A stretch of DNA of 64,000 bases from Sphingobacteriia bacterium RIFOXYC2_FULL_35_18. GTDB lineage: Bacteria; Bacteroidota; Bacteroidia; Chitinophagales; Chitinophagaceae. The DNA lies in NCBI GenBank assembly GCA_001829005.1, contig MIAG01000001.1, forward strand, positions 709,007-773,006. Direction: 5' to 3'. Position numbers and translations under genes: made by a program. Below, one piece after another: positions 46,449-55,510 of the stretch (positions are counted from its first letter, which is position 1; the number at the start of each line of letters is the position of its first letter). The notes below the pieces were generated by a model. The model was not told the origin of the DNA. It saw only the letters and a program-made list of their open reading frames with translations, and did not search any database.

Positions 46449-47759
46449 ATGAATAATAAATTAGCCATTTGGTCTATCACCGTTGGGTTAGGAGGATTTT
46501 TATTTGGTTTAGATGTTGCTGTAATCTCAGGAGCTGAACAAGCCATACAAGAATTATGGTCATTGTCAGATTGGATGCATGGAACAGCAATTGCCATGGC
46601 ATTATATGGCACTGCTTTTGGTGCAGCATTGGGAAATATTCCTGCCAATAAAATGGGTAGAAAGCAAACCCTGATCTGGATAGGTATTCTATTCTTAGTT
46701 ACTTCTGTAGGGGCAGCATTGTCTACTAATGTATATCTATTTATGTTTTTCCGTTTTGTAAGCGGACTAAGTATTGGAGCATCTTCAGTAGTTGCACCTG
46801 TTTATATCTCTGAAATAGCACCACCAAAGTACAGAGGGCGAATGGTGATTTCTTTTCAATTAAATGTGGTAGCGGGTATCTTGATTGCGTATTTTTCTAA
46901 TTATTTGTTAGCAGGTGTGGGCGGAGAAAACGATTGGCGTTGGATGTTAGGAGTAGTTGCTATCCCTTCTTTATTTTTCTCATTGTTAATGTTGATTACA
47001 CCCGAAACCCCAAGATGGTTGGTACTATTCAAAAAAGATGATGCTGCAGCAGCAAAGGTATTGGCATTAACTGGGGAAGACGCACCTAAAGTAATTGCAG
47101 ATATTAAAGCTTCTGTTGGTAAAACGAATACGGAACCACTCTTCAATAAGAAATTTTTCAAGCCCTTGCTACTCGCTTTTTTAATAGCTTTTTTTAACCA
47201 ATTATCAGGTATTAATGCCATTATCTATTTTGCACCCAAAGTATTTGAAATGGCAGGTATTGGCCGTGAAGGCGCATTGCTTTCTACTGTTGGAATTGGG
47301 GTTATGAACTTAATCTTTACCATTGCAGGTTGGTATTTAATTGATCGATTTGGAAGAAGAGTTTTGATGTTTATTGGTTCAGTTGGGTATATTTTTTCTT
47401 TAACTATGATTGCTGTTTCTTTTAATAGTACCGATCAAAGTATGGTAGTATACTATGTGTTTGTATTCATTGCAGCACATGCTGTTGGGCAAGGTGCAGT
47501 TATTTGGGTTTTCTTATCTGAACTTTTCCCTAATTCTGTTAGAGCAAGTGGTACTTCTTTTGGCTCTCTAGTACATTGGGTATTTGCTGCATTAATTGCA
47601 CAAGTGTTCCCTTATTTTGCTGCCAATATATCGGGTACCATCATTTTTGGTTTCTTTGCATTGATGATGGTTTTACAATTATTATATGTTTGGAAAATGA
47701 TGCCAGAAACAAAGGGGGTTGCTTTAGAAGATATGGGAGACACAATCATCTTACACTAA
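46449..47759 (+). CDS. MFS transporter, sugar porter family
   Basis: GRKQTL, PETPRWL and multiple TM helices. The ATG at 46449 is preferred over the track start at 46419. Confidence 0.85.
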   Translation: MNNKLAIWSITVGLGGFLFGLDVAVISGAEQAIQELWSLSDWMHGTAIAMALYGTAFGAALGNIPANKMGRKQTLIWIGILFLVTSVGAALSTNVYLFMFFRFVSGLSIGASSVVAPVYISEIAPPKYRGRMVISFQLNVVAGILIAYFSNYLLAGVGGENDWRWMLGVVAIPSLFFSLLMLITPETPRWLVLFKKDDAAAAKVLALTGEDAPKVIADIKASVGKTNTEPLFNKKFFKPLLLAFLIAFFNQLSGINAIIYFAPKVFEMAGIGREGALLSTVGIGVMNLIFTIAGWYLIDRFGRRVLMFIGSVGYIFSLTMIAVSFNSTDQSMVVYYVFVFIAAHAVGQGAVIWVFLSELFPNSVRASGTSFGSLVHWVFAALIAQVFPYFAANISGTIIFGFFALMMVLQLLYVWKMMPETKGVALEDMGDTIILH

Positions 47760-47769
47760 AATTATTGTC

Positions 47770-48429
47770 ATGAAAAAAATCATTATTGCTTTAGTAAGTT
47801 TCTTGTGTTTACATTCTGCCTTTGCACAAGAGGGATTGTATTTGAGAACTCAATTCTGGGGAGGGGGTAGTTTAGATATCAGCTGGTTGTATTTTACAAA
47901 AGATGGAGTAATCTGTAAAAATCCAACTTATGGCATTAATCCCTTCAACTTGCAAAAGGAATTGGAATTAAATAAAGCCAATACTGGTAAATTTAGTATG
48001 GCTGCCAATAAAATGAATATTAACTGGAGTAGTGGTAAATCACAATCTATAAAAGCAGAATTTAATGGTGCATTATTGAAAGGATTAGATGGGGGTATTT
48101 GTACAAAAGCGAAGCCCTTTGCTGCAAAATCTTTGGCTGGTAAAACCTATAGCGGTTATGCTTCTGCAGGTTCAGTGTCTCAATCAACCGTAATTGAGTT
48201 TAAAGAAGACGGCACTTTTATAATGTATAAAAGAGGCGCCATAACGGGTTCCGGAAATATTAGTGGTTCTGCAAGTTCACAAGGAACTAAAACAGGAAAA
48301 TATACGGTAACAGGCAATACCATTGTTTTTAATTACGATGATGGTACAGAATGGAGAACACTGGCACAGCCTTATGACTTAGGTAAAGACGAAATTATTT
48401 TAAATGATAAATTGTTTAGGAAGAAATAA
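47770..48429 (+). CDS. Hypothetical secreted protein
   Basis: Signal peptide MKKIIIALVSFLCLHSAFAQ. I recognise no family. Confidence 0.6.
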   Translation: MKKIIIALVSFLCLHSAFAQEGLYLRTQFWGGGSLDISWLYFTKDGVICKNPTYGINPFNLQKELELNKANTGKFSMAANKMNINWSSGKSQSIKAEFNGALLKGLDGGICTKAKPFAAKSLAGKTYSGYASAGSVSQSTVIEFKEDGTFIMYKRGAITGSGNISGSASSQGTKTGKYTVTGNTIVFNYDDGTEWRTLAQPYDLGKDEIILNDKLFRKK

Positions 48430-48990
48430 CTAATCTTTCCATCCCCATGGTGCTAATTGTGTTTCTATTGGCTGCTTTAAGTTGAAGGAAACGGTAAATA
48501 ATCTATCTGATCCAATTCTTCTTAAGTTATAAGTAAAACTACTGTCGTTAATAGTAATCCACCATACATTAGAAGCTGCAGCGGGGATTGTTTTTTGCGT
48601 TTGTAGATCTGCAGGGAATATTTGCATATTCGAAAAACCTTCATTGGTTGATGTTCCGCCGTATTGAGTTACTGTATCTTCAGAGCCATCTTCATGACGA
48701 TGATCGTGTTTTAGTGTTATGCTTGATTTCTTTTTGGTAAGCACCCATGTTCTAGATCGATTATCACCTACATTAAATGGTATACGAATCCGATTTTCTT
48801 CGCAGGCTTTTACATACATCACGAGTTGTTTGTCTTTGAAATCTGCAGTTGCGCCACTAATAATTATACCTTCATAAGCTTTGCCACAATGCTGTTGAAG
48901 CGCCGTCCAAAAACTATCTAATTTGGTAATCGGTTTTTGTGCAAATCCATTGAGTGAAATTAACAATGCTATAAACGGTATATATTTCAT
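48430..48990 (-). CDS. Hypothetical secreted protein
   Basis: Signal peptide MKYIPFIALLISLNGFAQ (internal ATG of the track ORF). Its stop codon abuts the stop of 47770..48429. Confidence 0.6.
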   Translation of the reverse strand: MKYIPFIALLISLNGFAQKPITKLDSFWTALQQHCGKAYEGIIISGATADFKDKQLVMYVKACEENRIRIPFNVGDNRSRTWVLTKKKSSITLKHDHRHEDGSEDTVTQYGGTSTNEGFSNMQIFPADLQTQKTIPAAASNVWWITINDSSFTYNLRRIGSDRLFTVSFNLKQPIETQLAPWGWKD

Positions 48991-49027
48991 TTTCTTTTTT
49001 GAAACAATATACAGCATCTGTACTCAA

Positions 49028-50443
49028 TTAAAACAAATACCCATAAATCTCATTTCTGAAAATATAGTTCAACCAAACAACGTCATTAATACTCATGATG
49101 GCAAATACTTGATATTGATTGTTTCCTAATAATGCATCTTTTTTATATTGTAGTACATGCAACTTGCCTGCTGAAATATTTCTTGGTTCACTTAAATAGA
49201 ACTCAATGGGTTCATCACCTGGTTTTAAAGCAATATTTGCTTCTTTTGCAACTTGCAATGCCAACTGATATGCTGTTTGTTCGGCATCAAAACGATTAAT
49301 ACTTTTTTCTAGAGGAACCATTAATTGATAAGTGCCCAATTTGTCTTTGCGATGAATAATTTGACCAGCTGCTTTTGGGTCAAGTACGTATAAGTTCGTT
49401 GGAATCATAGAGCCATTTGCATTTACATCCCAAGTACTACCGGGTTTGTAAAGACTCTTAAAGTCTCGGTCTTCAGCATATGCAATCATTCCTTTGCGCA
49501 TCACTTCTATGATATTTTTGATCCTGAAATCTTTAGGAGGTTTGTTTTCTGCCCAGGTGATATAATTACTGTCGTTTTGAATTGTATAGTATAGGTCATG
49601 GTTGGGTATGAATCCGAATTGCGGGAAGATGGCTGCATTCTCTTTCGCGGGTATTCTAATATACAAGTACTCTTGATTCTTTTCCCAAAAGTTAAACAAA
49701 TAATAGGCTTTTAATTTTTTTAAATCTTCTGTACTCAGTGTAGTAATACCTCTAGGCCAAACATTGGCATTTTCAGTTCTAAGCAGCTCTAATGAATCAA
49801 TCTGAAAATTTTTTTTCATCCTGGCTGTTTTTATTTCCTTGGCCGGCAGAAAAGAAGAGAAGCTGGAATTATTTGTATACGTTGATAGTTTATTTAATTG
49901 AACAGGATATTTGGTATATGCCTGCATTTTTTTGATGGAAGTGCTCGTGTCTGCCGTTTGCTGAATTTTTTTATAACTAGTACTTAAAACAACAAAATAG
50001 TGCTCAACTACTAAGCAAAATGGCTTTTTAAATTGATACTGTTCAGGTATATGCTGATTTGAATGCGGATAGAATTCTAAAACCTGATATTCTTTCGTTA
50101 ATGCTTCAACACTCCATCCATTTAAACTTTGAATAATTTCCTCTTCGGCTTCACTAATACCGTCTTGAATCCATAATGGTTGCCCTTCTTTTTCAAGTCC
50201 ATTTAACACTCGTTTTGCAGCAGATGCTGGGAAACCCCATCCTTCTTGTAGGCTATTATTATAACGCTTCCTTGTTTCTTTGTCTTTTACCATGGGGGCA
50301 TCTAATACAATTCCTTTAGAACTGAGTATGCGTAACCGATTAATATAATTTTCAGTTTCGATCCAATTTTTTGCTGTAGCATTTTTACCAATACAAACTG
50401 AAAGGAGAATCAATATTAAATAGAAGGAATATTTAGTAGTCAT
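49028..50443 (-). CDS. Hypothetical secreted protein
   Basis: Likely start MTTKYSFYLILILLSVCIGKNATA. Long ORF with no family I recognise. Confidence 0.6.
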   Translation of the reverse strand: MTTKYSFYLILILLSVCIGKNATAKNWIETENYINRLRILSSKGIVLDAPMVKDKETRKRYNNSLQEGWGFPASAAKRVLNGLEKEGQPLWIQDGISEAEEEIIQSLNGWSVEALTKEYQVLEFYPHSNQHIPEQYQFKKPFCLVVEHYFVVLSTSYKKIQQTADTSTSIKKMQAYTKYPVQLNKLSTYTNNSSFSSFLPAKEIKTARMKKNFQIDSLELLRTENANVWPRGITTLSTEDLKKLKAYYLFNFWEKNQEYLYIRIPAKENAAIFPQFGFIPNHDLYYTIQNDSNYITWAENKPPKDFRIKNIIEVMRKGMIAYAEDRDFKSLYKPGSTWDVNANGSMIPTNLYVLDPKAAGQIIHRKDKLGTYQLMVPLEKSINRFDAEQTAYQLALQVAKEANIALKPGDEPIEFYLSEPRNISAGKLHVLQYKKDALLGNNQYQVFAIMSINDVVWLNYIFRNEIYGYLF

Positions 50444-50526
50444 ATAAATGATTATTAAATAGTAAAAATAAGTTCCATTAACTTTATTCAAGTACCGTTA
50501 ACACGGTATAATAAATCAATCATTTT

Positions 50527-52944
50527 ATGGGAAAATTGTATCAACGGGCAGTATTCATTGCATTGATGTTTTCTAATGGACTACTCTATGCACAAACCAA
50601 CACCAATATCACCATTGCCTCCCTTTTTAAAGTAGCTCCATTTCTGAAAGGGAAGACTTCATTCTTAGGAACTCCTTTTAATACGGCAGGAGACAAATTA
50701 TATATGATTGGCCATCAGGATGGTAGTTTCCCCGATTTAGGTTGGCATGTAAAAGATGAAATGGGAGGCATTTGGCATCATCCAATTAAATTAATGGATG
50801 GTTTTAATGCGAGTATTAAAGTAGGAAAAAAAGCGTATGTTTTAGATAAAGCTATTGGGTTTGTTAATTATCCTTTTGGCAATAAACATATTTATACGGT
50901 GGGATCAACACCGCTGAATATTGAGCGGTATCAGTTTGTTCCAGACCAATTACCAGGCCTGCAGATTGAATATGCAATCAAAAACACCAGTAATCAATCG
51001 ATTCAAATTGAATTTAATATTGAAGCTGTTTCAAATTTAATGCCTGTATGGTTGGGTGAAAGAACGGGAATGATTAACTCCAAGGATCTAGCCAGCTTTG
51101 ATCCCTCCAATAACAGATGGATGGTAAAAGATTCATTGAACCCTTGGTATGTTGTTTATGGTTCTACTGTTAAAGGGGAAGCAAGCAAAATGGTTTTTTC
51201 AAAAACAAATAAGCCCAATACAGCTGTCTCGAATACCACTTACAAAATTGAGATTAAACCCAATGCTGTTTATTATTTACCATTCACTATTGCGGGTTCG
51301 GCTAAGTCTAAAGAACAAGCGATGAGCAGTTATAATCAAATCAAAAATGCAGCTGCTTCCTTACTTGCTATAAAGAAAAAACGGGTATTGAATTTGAATC
51401 AATATTCTACTTTGACTTTAAATGACAATGCAATTGCAACCAGTTTTGAATGGTTGAAGTATAACAGTGATTGGTTAACACAAGATGTTGAAGGAATTGG
51501 CAAAGGGGTAGTTGCTGGATTGCCAGATTATCCTTGGTGGTTTGGCGGCGATATGGTGTACACTTTAAAGGGATTGATTGCAATGGGCAGAAAGGATTTG
51601 GTTTATAGTACCATTGACTTGGTACATGGTATTTCTGAAAAAACAAATGGAAATGGGCGTATTGTTCATGAAGTGTCTACCAATGGTGCTGTTTTTAATC
51701 CTGGTAACGTAAACGAAACTCCTCAGTTTGTCTCTTTAATTTGGGACGTTTTTTGTTGGACAGGTGATACACTGTTTTTACAAAAATATTTTCCTTCAGT
51801 AGTGAAAGGATTGAATTGGGTATTAACCGAAAATGATTCGGATGGTAATTTGTTGCCAGATGGTGCAGGCATGATGGAAATTCATGGATTAACTTCTGAA
51901 ATGATTGATGTTGCTGCTTATACACAGAAAGCTTTTGCCGATGCGGCTAAAATGGCATCGTACTTAAAACAAGAATTATTAGCTAAAGACTATCAACAAA
52001 AAGCAGATTTATTAAAGGTTAAAATCAATACTCAATTTTGGGTAGAGAAAGATCACTCATATGCTGATTTTATTGCTACTAAACAGCAGGCTCTGCACTT
52101 AATGGAAGATGCAATTGTAAGGGCTGATACTTTGGGAAATGGATGGGCTGTTAAAGAATTGACTAAGATGAAAGCTGCAACCGTCTTGGATACTACAAGC
52201 AAGAACAAAGGCTTTGTAATGCACCATAATTGGGTAGTGAATACCCCGCTTGAAACAGGAGTTGCTGAAAATGATCAAGCCATTAAAGCATTAAATACCG
52301 CCAAAAGATTTTCTAATGGGTTCGGAATGTATGTAACGGGAATTGATAAAAATGAAAAAAGAGACATGCAAGAGTATTCATATGCGGCTAGCGTAGGAAA
52401 AAATGATTTTACCTATACTGGTACGGTAATGACTTTACCTACGGCGGTGCAAATTATTGCTGAGAATAATTATGGAAGGCCTGATGAAGCATATGATTTA
52501 TTGAAAAAAGTAAATAAGACTTTTGGATATGCGCTACCCGGTTCCATGTATGAAGTATCTCCCGATTATGGTATGATGACACAAGCCTGGAATGTATATG
52601 CTTATGGAGAGCCAATTGTAAAACAGTTTTTTGGAATTAGACCTTACGCGTTTAAAAAACAAGTAATTATTTCACCACAATTGCCTGCTGCGCTAACTCA
52701 TGGAAGTATTGAACATGTAGTGATAGGCGATAACCAAGTTTCGGTTTCATTTAAACAAGTACAAAACGGTATTGAATTTACCATCACTCAAAAGTCGAAT
52801 GATTGGAATCTTTTATTTCAACAACCCAAAGGAAAGTTTAAAAATTGGAAATTGAATGGAGCAGCTATTAAGCCAGTTATACTAGGAGATATGGAACAAG
52901 TCGAAATATTTATGCAAAAAGCAATTATATCGCTTAATAATTAA
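50527..52944 (+). CDS. Secreted six-hairpin glycosidase-like protein (glycogen-debranching GDE_C-like)
   Basis: Signal peptide. The segment GLPDYPWWFGGDMVYTLKGL resembles amylo-alpha-1,6-glucosidase-type domains. Confidence 0.55.
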   Translation: MGKLYQRAVFIALMFSNGLLYAQTNTNITIASLFKVAPFLKGKTSFLGTPFNTAGDKLYMIGHQDGSFPDLGWHVKDEMGGIWHHPIKLMDGFNASIKVGKKAYVLDKAIGFVNYPFGNKHIYTVGSTPLNIERYQFVPDQLPGLQIEYAIKNTSNQSIQIEFNIEAVSNLMPVWLGERTGMINSKDLASFDPSNNRWMVKDSLNPWYVVYGSTVKGEASKMVFSKTNKPNTAVSNTTYKIEIKPNAVYYLPFTIAGSAKSKEQAMSSYNQIKNAAASLLAIKKKRVLNLNQYSTLTLNDNAIATSFEWLKYNSDWLTQDVEGIGKGVVAGLPDYPWWFGGDMVYTLKGLIAMGRKDLVYSTIDLVHGISEKTNGNGRIVHEVSTNGAVFNPGNVNETPQFVSLIWDVFCWTGDTLFLQKYFPSVVKGLNWVLTENDSDGNLLPDGAGMMEIHGLTSEMIDVAAYTQKAFADAAKMASYLKQELLAKDYQQKADLLKVKINTQFWVEKDHSYADFIATKQQALHLMEDAIVRADTLGNGWAVKELTKMKAATVLDTTSKNKGFVMHHNWVVNTPLETGVAENDQAIKALNTAKRFSNGFGMYVTGIDKNEKRDMQEYSYAASVGKNDFTYTGTVMTLPTAVQIIAENNYGRPDEAYDLLKKVNKTFGYALPGSMYEVSPDYGMMTQAWNVYAYGEPIVKQFFGIRPYAFKKQVIISPQLPAALTHGSIEHVVIGDNQVSVSFKQVQNGIEFTITQKSNDWNLLFQQPKGKFKNWKLNGAAIKPVILGDMEQVEIFMQKAIISLNN

Positions 52945-53055
52945 TACTTGAAATTTAATAATTGATATTTTGAAGCCATTTAAGGTATTTAGCATCTATG
53001 AGCTGTGACGTATTTTTGTAAGAATCCATCTCCTATGAATACCTTATAGCCAATC

Positions 53056-54459
53056 ATGCATACTTATTTTCAATATTTCAATGTAATCGCAATTTCATTT
53101 TCACTCTTTTGTTTGATCATAGTTCTTACAAAAGGAACAAGGAAATTGCCTATGGTTTATTTGTTTATCTCCAACACTATTTTGATTTTAACTTCAATAC
53201 TTTATTGGTTATTTTCGACAAAATTAATTTTTCAATACCCACATTATTTAAGAGTTCCCGGCCCCTTTTTTTATTTAACAGGTCCAAGTATGTTCTTATT
53301 TGTTCGGACATTGCTTTATAGGGAAACTCATTTTAGAAAAAATGATTGGTTGCACACTATTCCTTTTGTAATAAGTGTTATTGAGTTGATACCCTTTTAT
53401 TTTAGTGGAGCAGAACATAAATTGGGAATTCTTCAAAATAGTGATTTAGATTTTGCTACCCATATTACCAATTTCAATGAAGGGTTTATTGGTAAAGATT
53501 TGCATTACTTGTTTAAAGCAGGCAGTTGGGCTATTTATTTTTATTTCTCTCTAAAAGTTTATTTTACTTTTAGAAAGAAAATTAAAACTGATATTATTTC
53601 TGATTACAATAGAAAATTTGCTTTTTTACGATTTTTTTTATTGACTAAGGTAATTGGCTTTTTTCTTTTAAATATAACAACGTTGTTTGCGCATAGCAAT
53701 CAATTATATACAAGCATTTTAATTGCTAGTAATTTCATCAGCTTAATCAATATATTTCTTTTGGCTTTTGAATATCCTGAAATGATATATGGGAAAGACT
53801 TTTACTCTGTCACTGAAAATAATAGAGAGAACTTAATGAAGATTGTGATGAGTCAAACTGAAAACTTGAAGTTTTTAGAAAACAGCAGACACGAGGCAAA
53901 TATTCTATTAGATGTAAATTATAGAGTTATCTATTTTAACAAGTTAGCTGAGATCAAATTTTGTGAACTTTACAATCATTCATTACAATTGAATGACAAT
54001 TTTACGGATTATCTTGATCCGGTTTCTAAGGATAATTTTTTTACGTATTTCCAACAATCCTTGCAGGGGAAAACCATACAGGCAGAAGAAAAATTCATGT
54101 TACATAATGAATCAAACTTTACTTGGTTACAAATTAGTTTTACTGCTCATTATGCTGAAAATGGTAAATTGATTGGTGTTTCTATTGGTGCAACAACTAT
54201 TGATGCAAAAAGAAAAATGGAGCAACTACAAGCTAAATATTTGCAGAGTCTTGATGAGTTGGCATGGAACAGTTCTCATATACTTAGAGCCCCTGTTGCA
54301 AATATGATGGGAATACTTCAACTTTTACAAGAAACCAATATTAGTTTAGACGAAACAGAAAAATCTCATTTTCTGAAACACTTATCTAGCGAGGTAAAAG
54401 GGTTAGATACAGTTATTAAAGATATGGTAGGAAAAGCTAGAAAGGATTTAGATAATTAG
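53056..54459 (+). CDS. Multi-pass membrane sensor with a PAS-like region and a HisKA-like domain, but no ATPase domain
   Basis: About 6-7 hydrophobic helices in the first 250 aa. There is an H-box-like SSHILRAPVANMMG, and the protein ends about 60 aa later without N/G1/G2 boxes. Confidence 0.65.
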   Translation: MHTYFQYFNVIAISFSLFCLIIVLTKGTRKLPMVYLFISNTILILTSILYWLFSTKLIFQYPHYLRVPGPFFYLTGPSMFLFVRTLLYRETHFRKNDWLHTIPFVISVIELIPFYFSGAEHKLGILQNSDLDFATHITNFNEGFIGKDLHYLFKAGSWAIYFYFSLKVYFTFRKKIKTDIISDYNRKFAFLRFFLLTKVIGFFLLNITTLFAHSNQLYTSILIASNFISLINIFLLAFEYPEMIYGKDFYSVTENNRENLMKIVMSQTENLKFLENSRHEANILLDVNYRVIYFNKLAEIKFCELYNHSLQLNDNFTDYLDPVSKDNFFTYFQQSLQGKTIQAEEKFMLHNESNFTWLQISFTAHYAENGKLIGVSIGATTIDAKRKMEQLQAKYLQSLDELAWNSSHILRAPVANMMGILQLLQETNISLDETEKSHFLKHLSSEVKGLDTVIKDMVGKARKDLDN

Positions 54460-54510
54460 TATGCCAATTAACTAGTTTAAGATAAAATTAATTAATCTGT
54501 ATATTTGGCT

Positions 54511-54714
54511 ATGCTTGAAATAAAATTAGATAGAAGTAGTTTTAAGGCCCAGAATGCAATTATGGCTTCTAGTCATGCCCAATACTACAAAAATCTGAGT
54601 TGGGTTCAGCGCTTAGAAATCGCCAATTATCTAAATAGTGTTGCATATAATTACCCCTTAAATAATCCACCTAAAATGGATAAATTTAAATTCTCGAGTC
54701 GTTCAATTAAATGA
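54511..54714 (+). CDS. Small hypothetical protein, translationally coupled to the downstream nucleotidyltransferase-like gene
   Basis: 67 aa from the ATG at 54511. Its stop is 1 nt before the next ATG. Confidence 0.45.
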   Translation: MLEIKLDRSSFKAQNAIMASSHAQYYKNLSWVQRLEIANYLNSVAYNYPLNNPPKMDKFKFSSRSIK

Positions 54715-54715
54715 C

Positions 54716-55168
54716 ATGGCTAATATTTTTAATAATGACTTTAGGGATTTTATTTCAGCACTTAATAATCAATCAGTAAAGTATATTTTGGTTGGTGGAT
54801 ATTCAGTCATTCTTCATGGCTATCCCCGAACAACGGGTGATATGGATATTTGGGTTGAACGAACCTCTGAAAATTATCAAAAAATCAAAAATGCTTTTCA
54901 GCAATTTGGAATGCAAGTATTTGATATGACTTTAGATAATTTTCTTTCACATCCCAATTGGGACGTTTTTACTTTTGGAACACCTCCTGTTGCTATTGAT
55001 TTAATGGTGCAAGTTGAAGGTCTAGATTTTGCATTAGCCTACGAAAAGTCGATATACTTTGAAGATGATGGTTTGTCTATACGAACAATTCATAAAACCG
55101 ATCTCATTCAGACTAAACAGGTAGTTAACCGCCCCAAAGATCAAGATGATTTATTGAATCTTGTATAA
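54716..55168 (+). CDS. Minimal nucleotidyltransferase-fold protein (MNT/AbiEii/DUF6036-like)
   Basis: VGGYSVILHGYPRTTGDMDIW fits the G[GS]-x(9-13)-DxD nucleotidyltransferase signature. Confidence 0.6.
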   Translation: MANIFNNDFRDFISALNNQSVKYILVGGYSVILHGYPRTTGDMDIWVERTSENYQKIKNAFQQFGMQVFDMTLDNFLSHPNWDVFTFGTPPVAIDLMVQVEGLDFALAYEKSIYFEDDGLSIRTIHKTDLIQTKQVVNRPKDQDDLLNLV

Positions 55169-55260
55169 GCCAAGATTGTCCCCACATTTCAGGTGCCAAG
55201 ATTGGCGGCTTTGCTCCGCAAGCCAAGATTGGCGGTCTGCGACCGCCTTCTTCCCGTATT
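55169..55260 (+). repeat. Three tandem ~27-nt units starting GCCAAGATTG; the last two carry small hairpins
   Basis: GCCAAGATTG occurs at 55169, 55195 and 55222. The latter two extend to GCCAAGATTGGCGG. There is a GGCGGTC-tgc-GACCGCC hairpin at 55231..55247. Confidence 0.6.
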
Positions 55261-55280
55261 GAACTTACTCAAAGCCCCAC

Positions 55281-55312
55281 GGCAACCAAAGGTTGCCTGG
55301 TCTTTTTATTTT
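55281..55312 (+). terminator. Rho-independent terminator for the 54511..55168 unit
   Basis: ggcaacc-aaa-ggttgcc followed by tggtcTTTTTaTTTT. Confidence 0.7.
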
Positions 55313-55350
55313 CGTCAACTTACGAACGCAAGCGCTCGACGTTGCCTAAA

Positions 55351-55376
55351 ACAAAAAGACCGCAGCTGTCGCTGCG
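55351..55376 (-). terminator. Rho-independent terminator downstream of the tRNA
   Basis: On the minus strand, CGCAGC-gaca-GCTGCG is followed by gtcTTTTTgt. Confidence 0.65.
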
Positions 55377-55384
55377 AGGGTTTG

Positions 55385-55456
55385 TGGTCTCGCCAAGAAT
55401 CGAACTTGGATCTAGAGTTTAGGAAACTCCTATTCTATCCATTGAACTACGAGACC
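55385..55456 (-). tRNA. tRNA-Arg (anticodon CCT)
   Basis: Minus-strand sequence GGTCTCGTAGTTCAATGGATAGAATAGGAGTTTCCTAAACTCTAGATCCAAGTTCGATTCTTGGCGAGACCA. It folds as a cloverleaf: 7-bp acceptor stem GGTCTCG/CGAGACC, T-arm CCAAG-TTCGATT-CTTGG and anticodon loop TTCCTAA. CCA is not encoded. Confidence 0.9.
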
Positions 55457-55510
55457 ATGATTCAATTATTCCAAAATGCTGGGGTAGAATCGGCGCAAAA
55501 GTAATAGAAA

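Noticed and set aside
46412-46648. A 78-aa minus-strand ORF at the 5' end of the MFS transporter gene.
   Set aside because: It is antisense to a clear sugar-porter N-terminus.
55193-55504. A 103-aa track ORF on the plus strand.
   Set aside because: It spans two terminator hairpins, the tandem repeats and the antisense of tRNA-Arg. Its composition is Arg/Leu/Cys-rich and non-protein-like.
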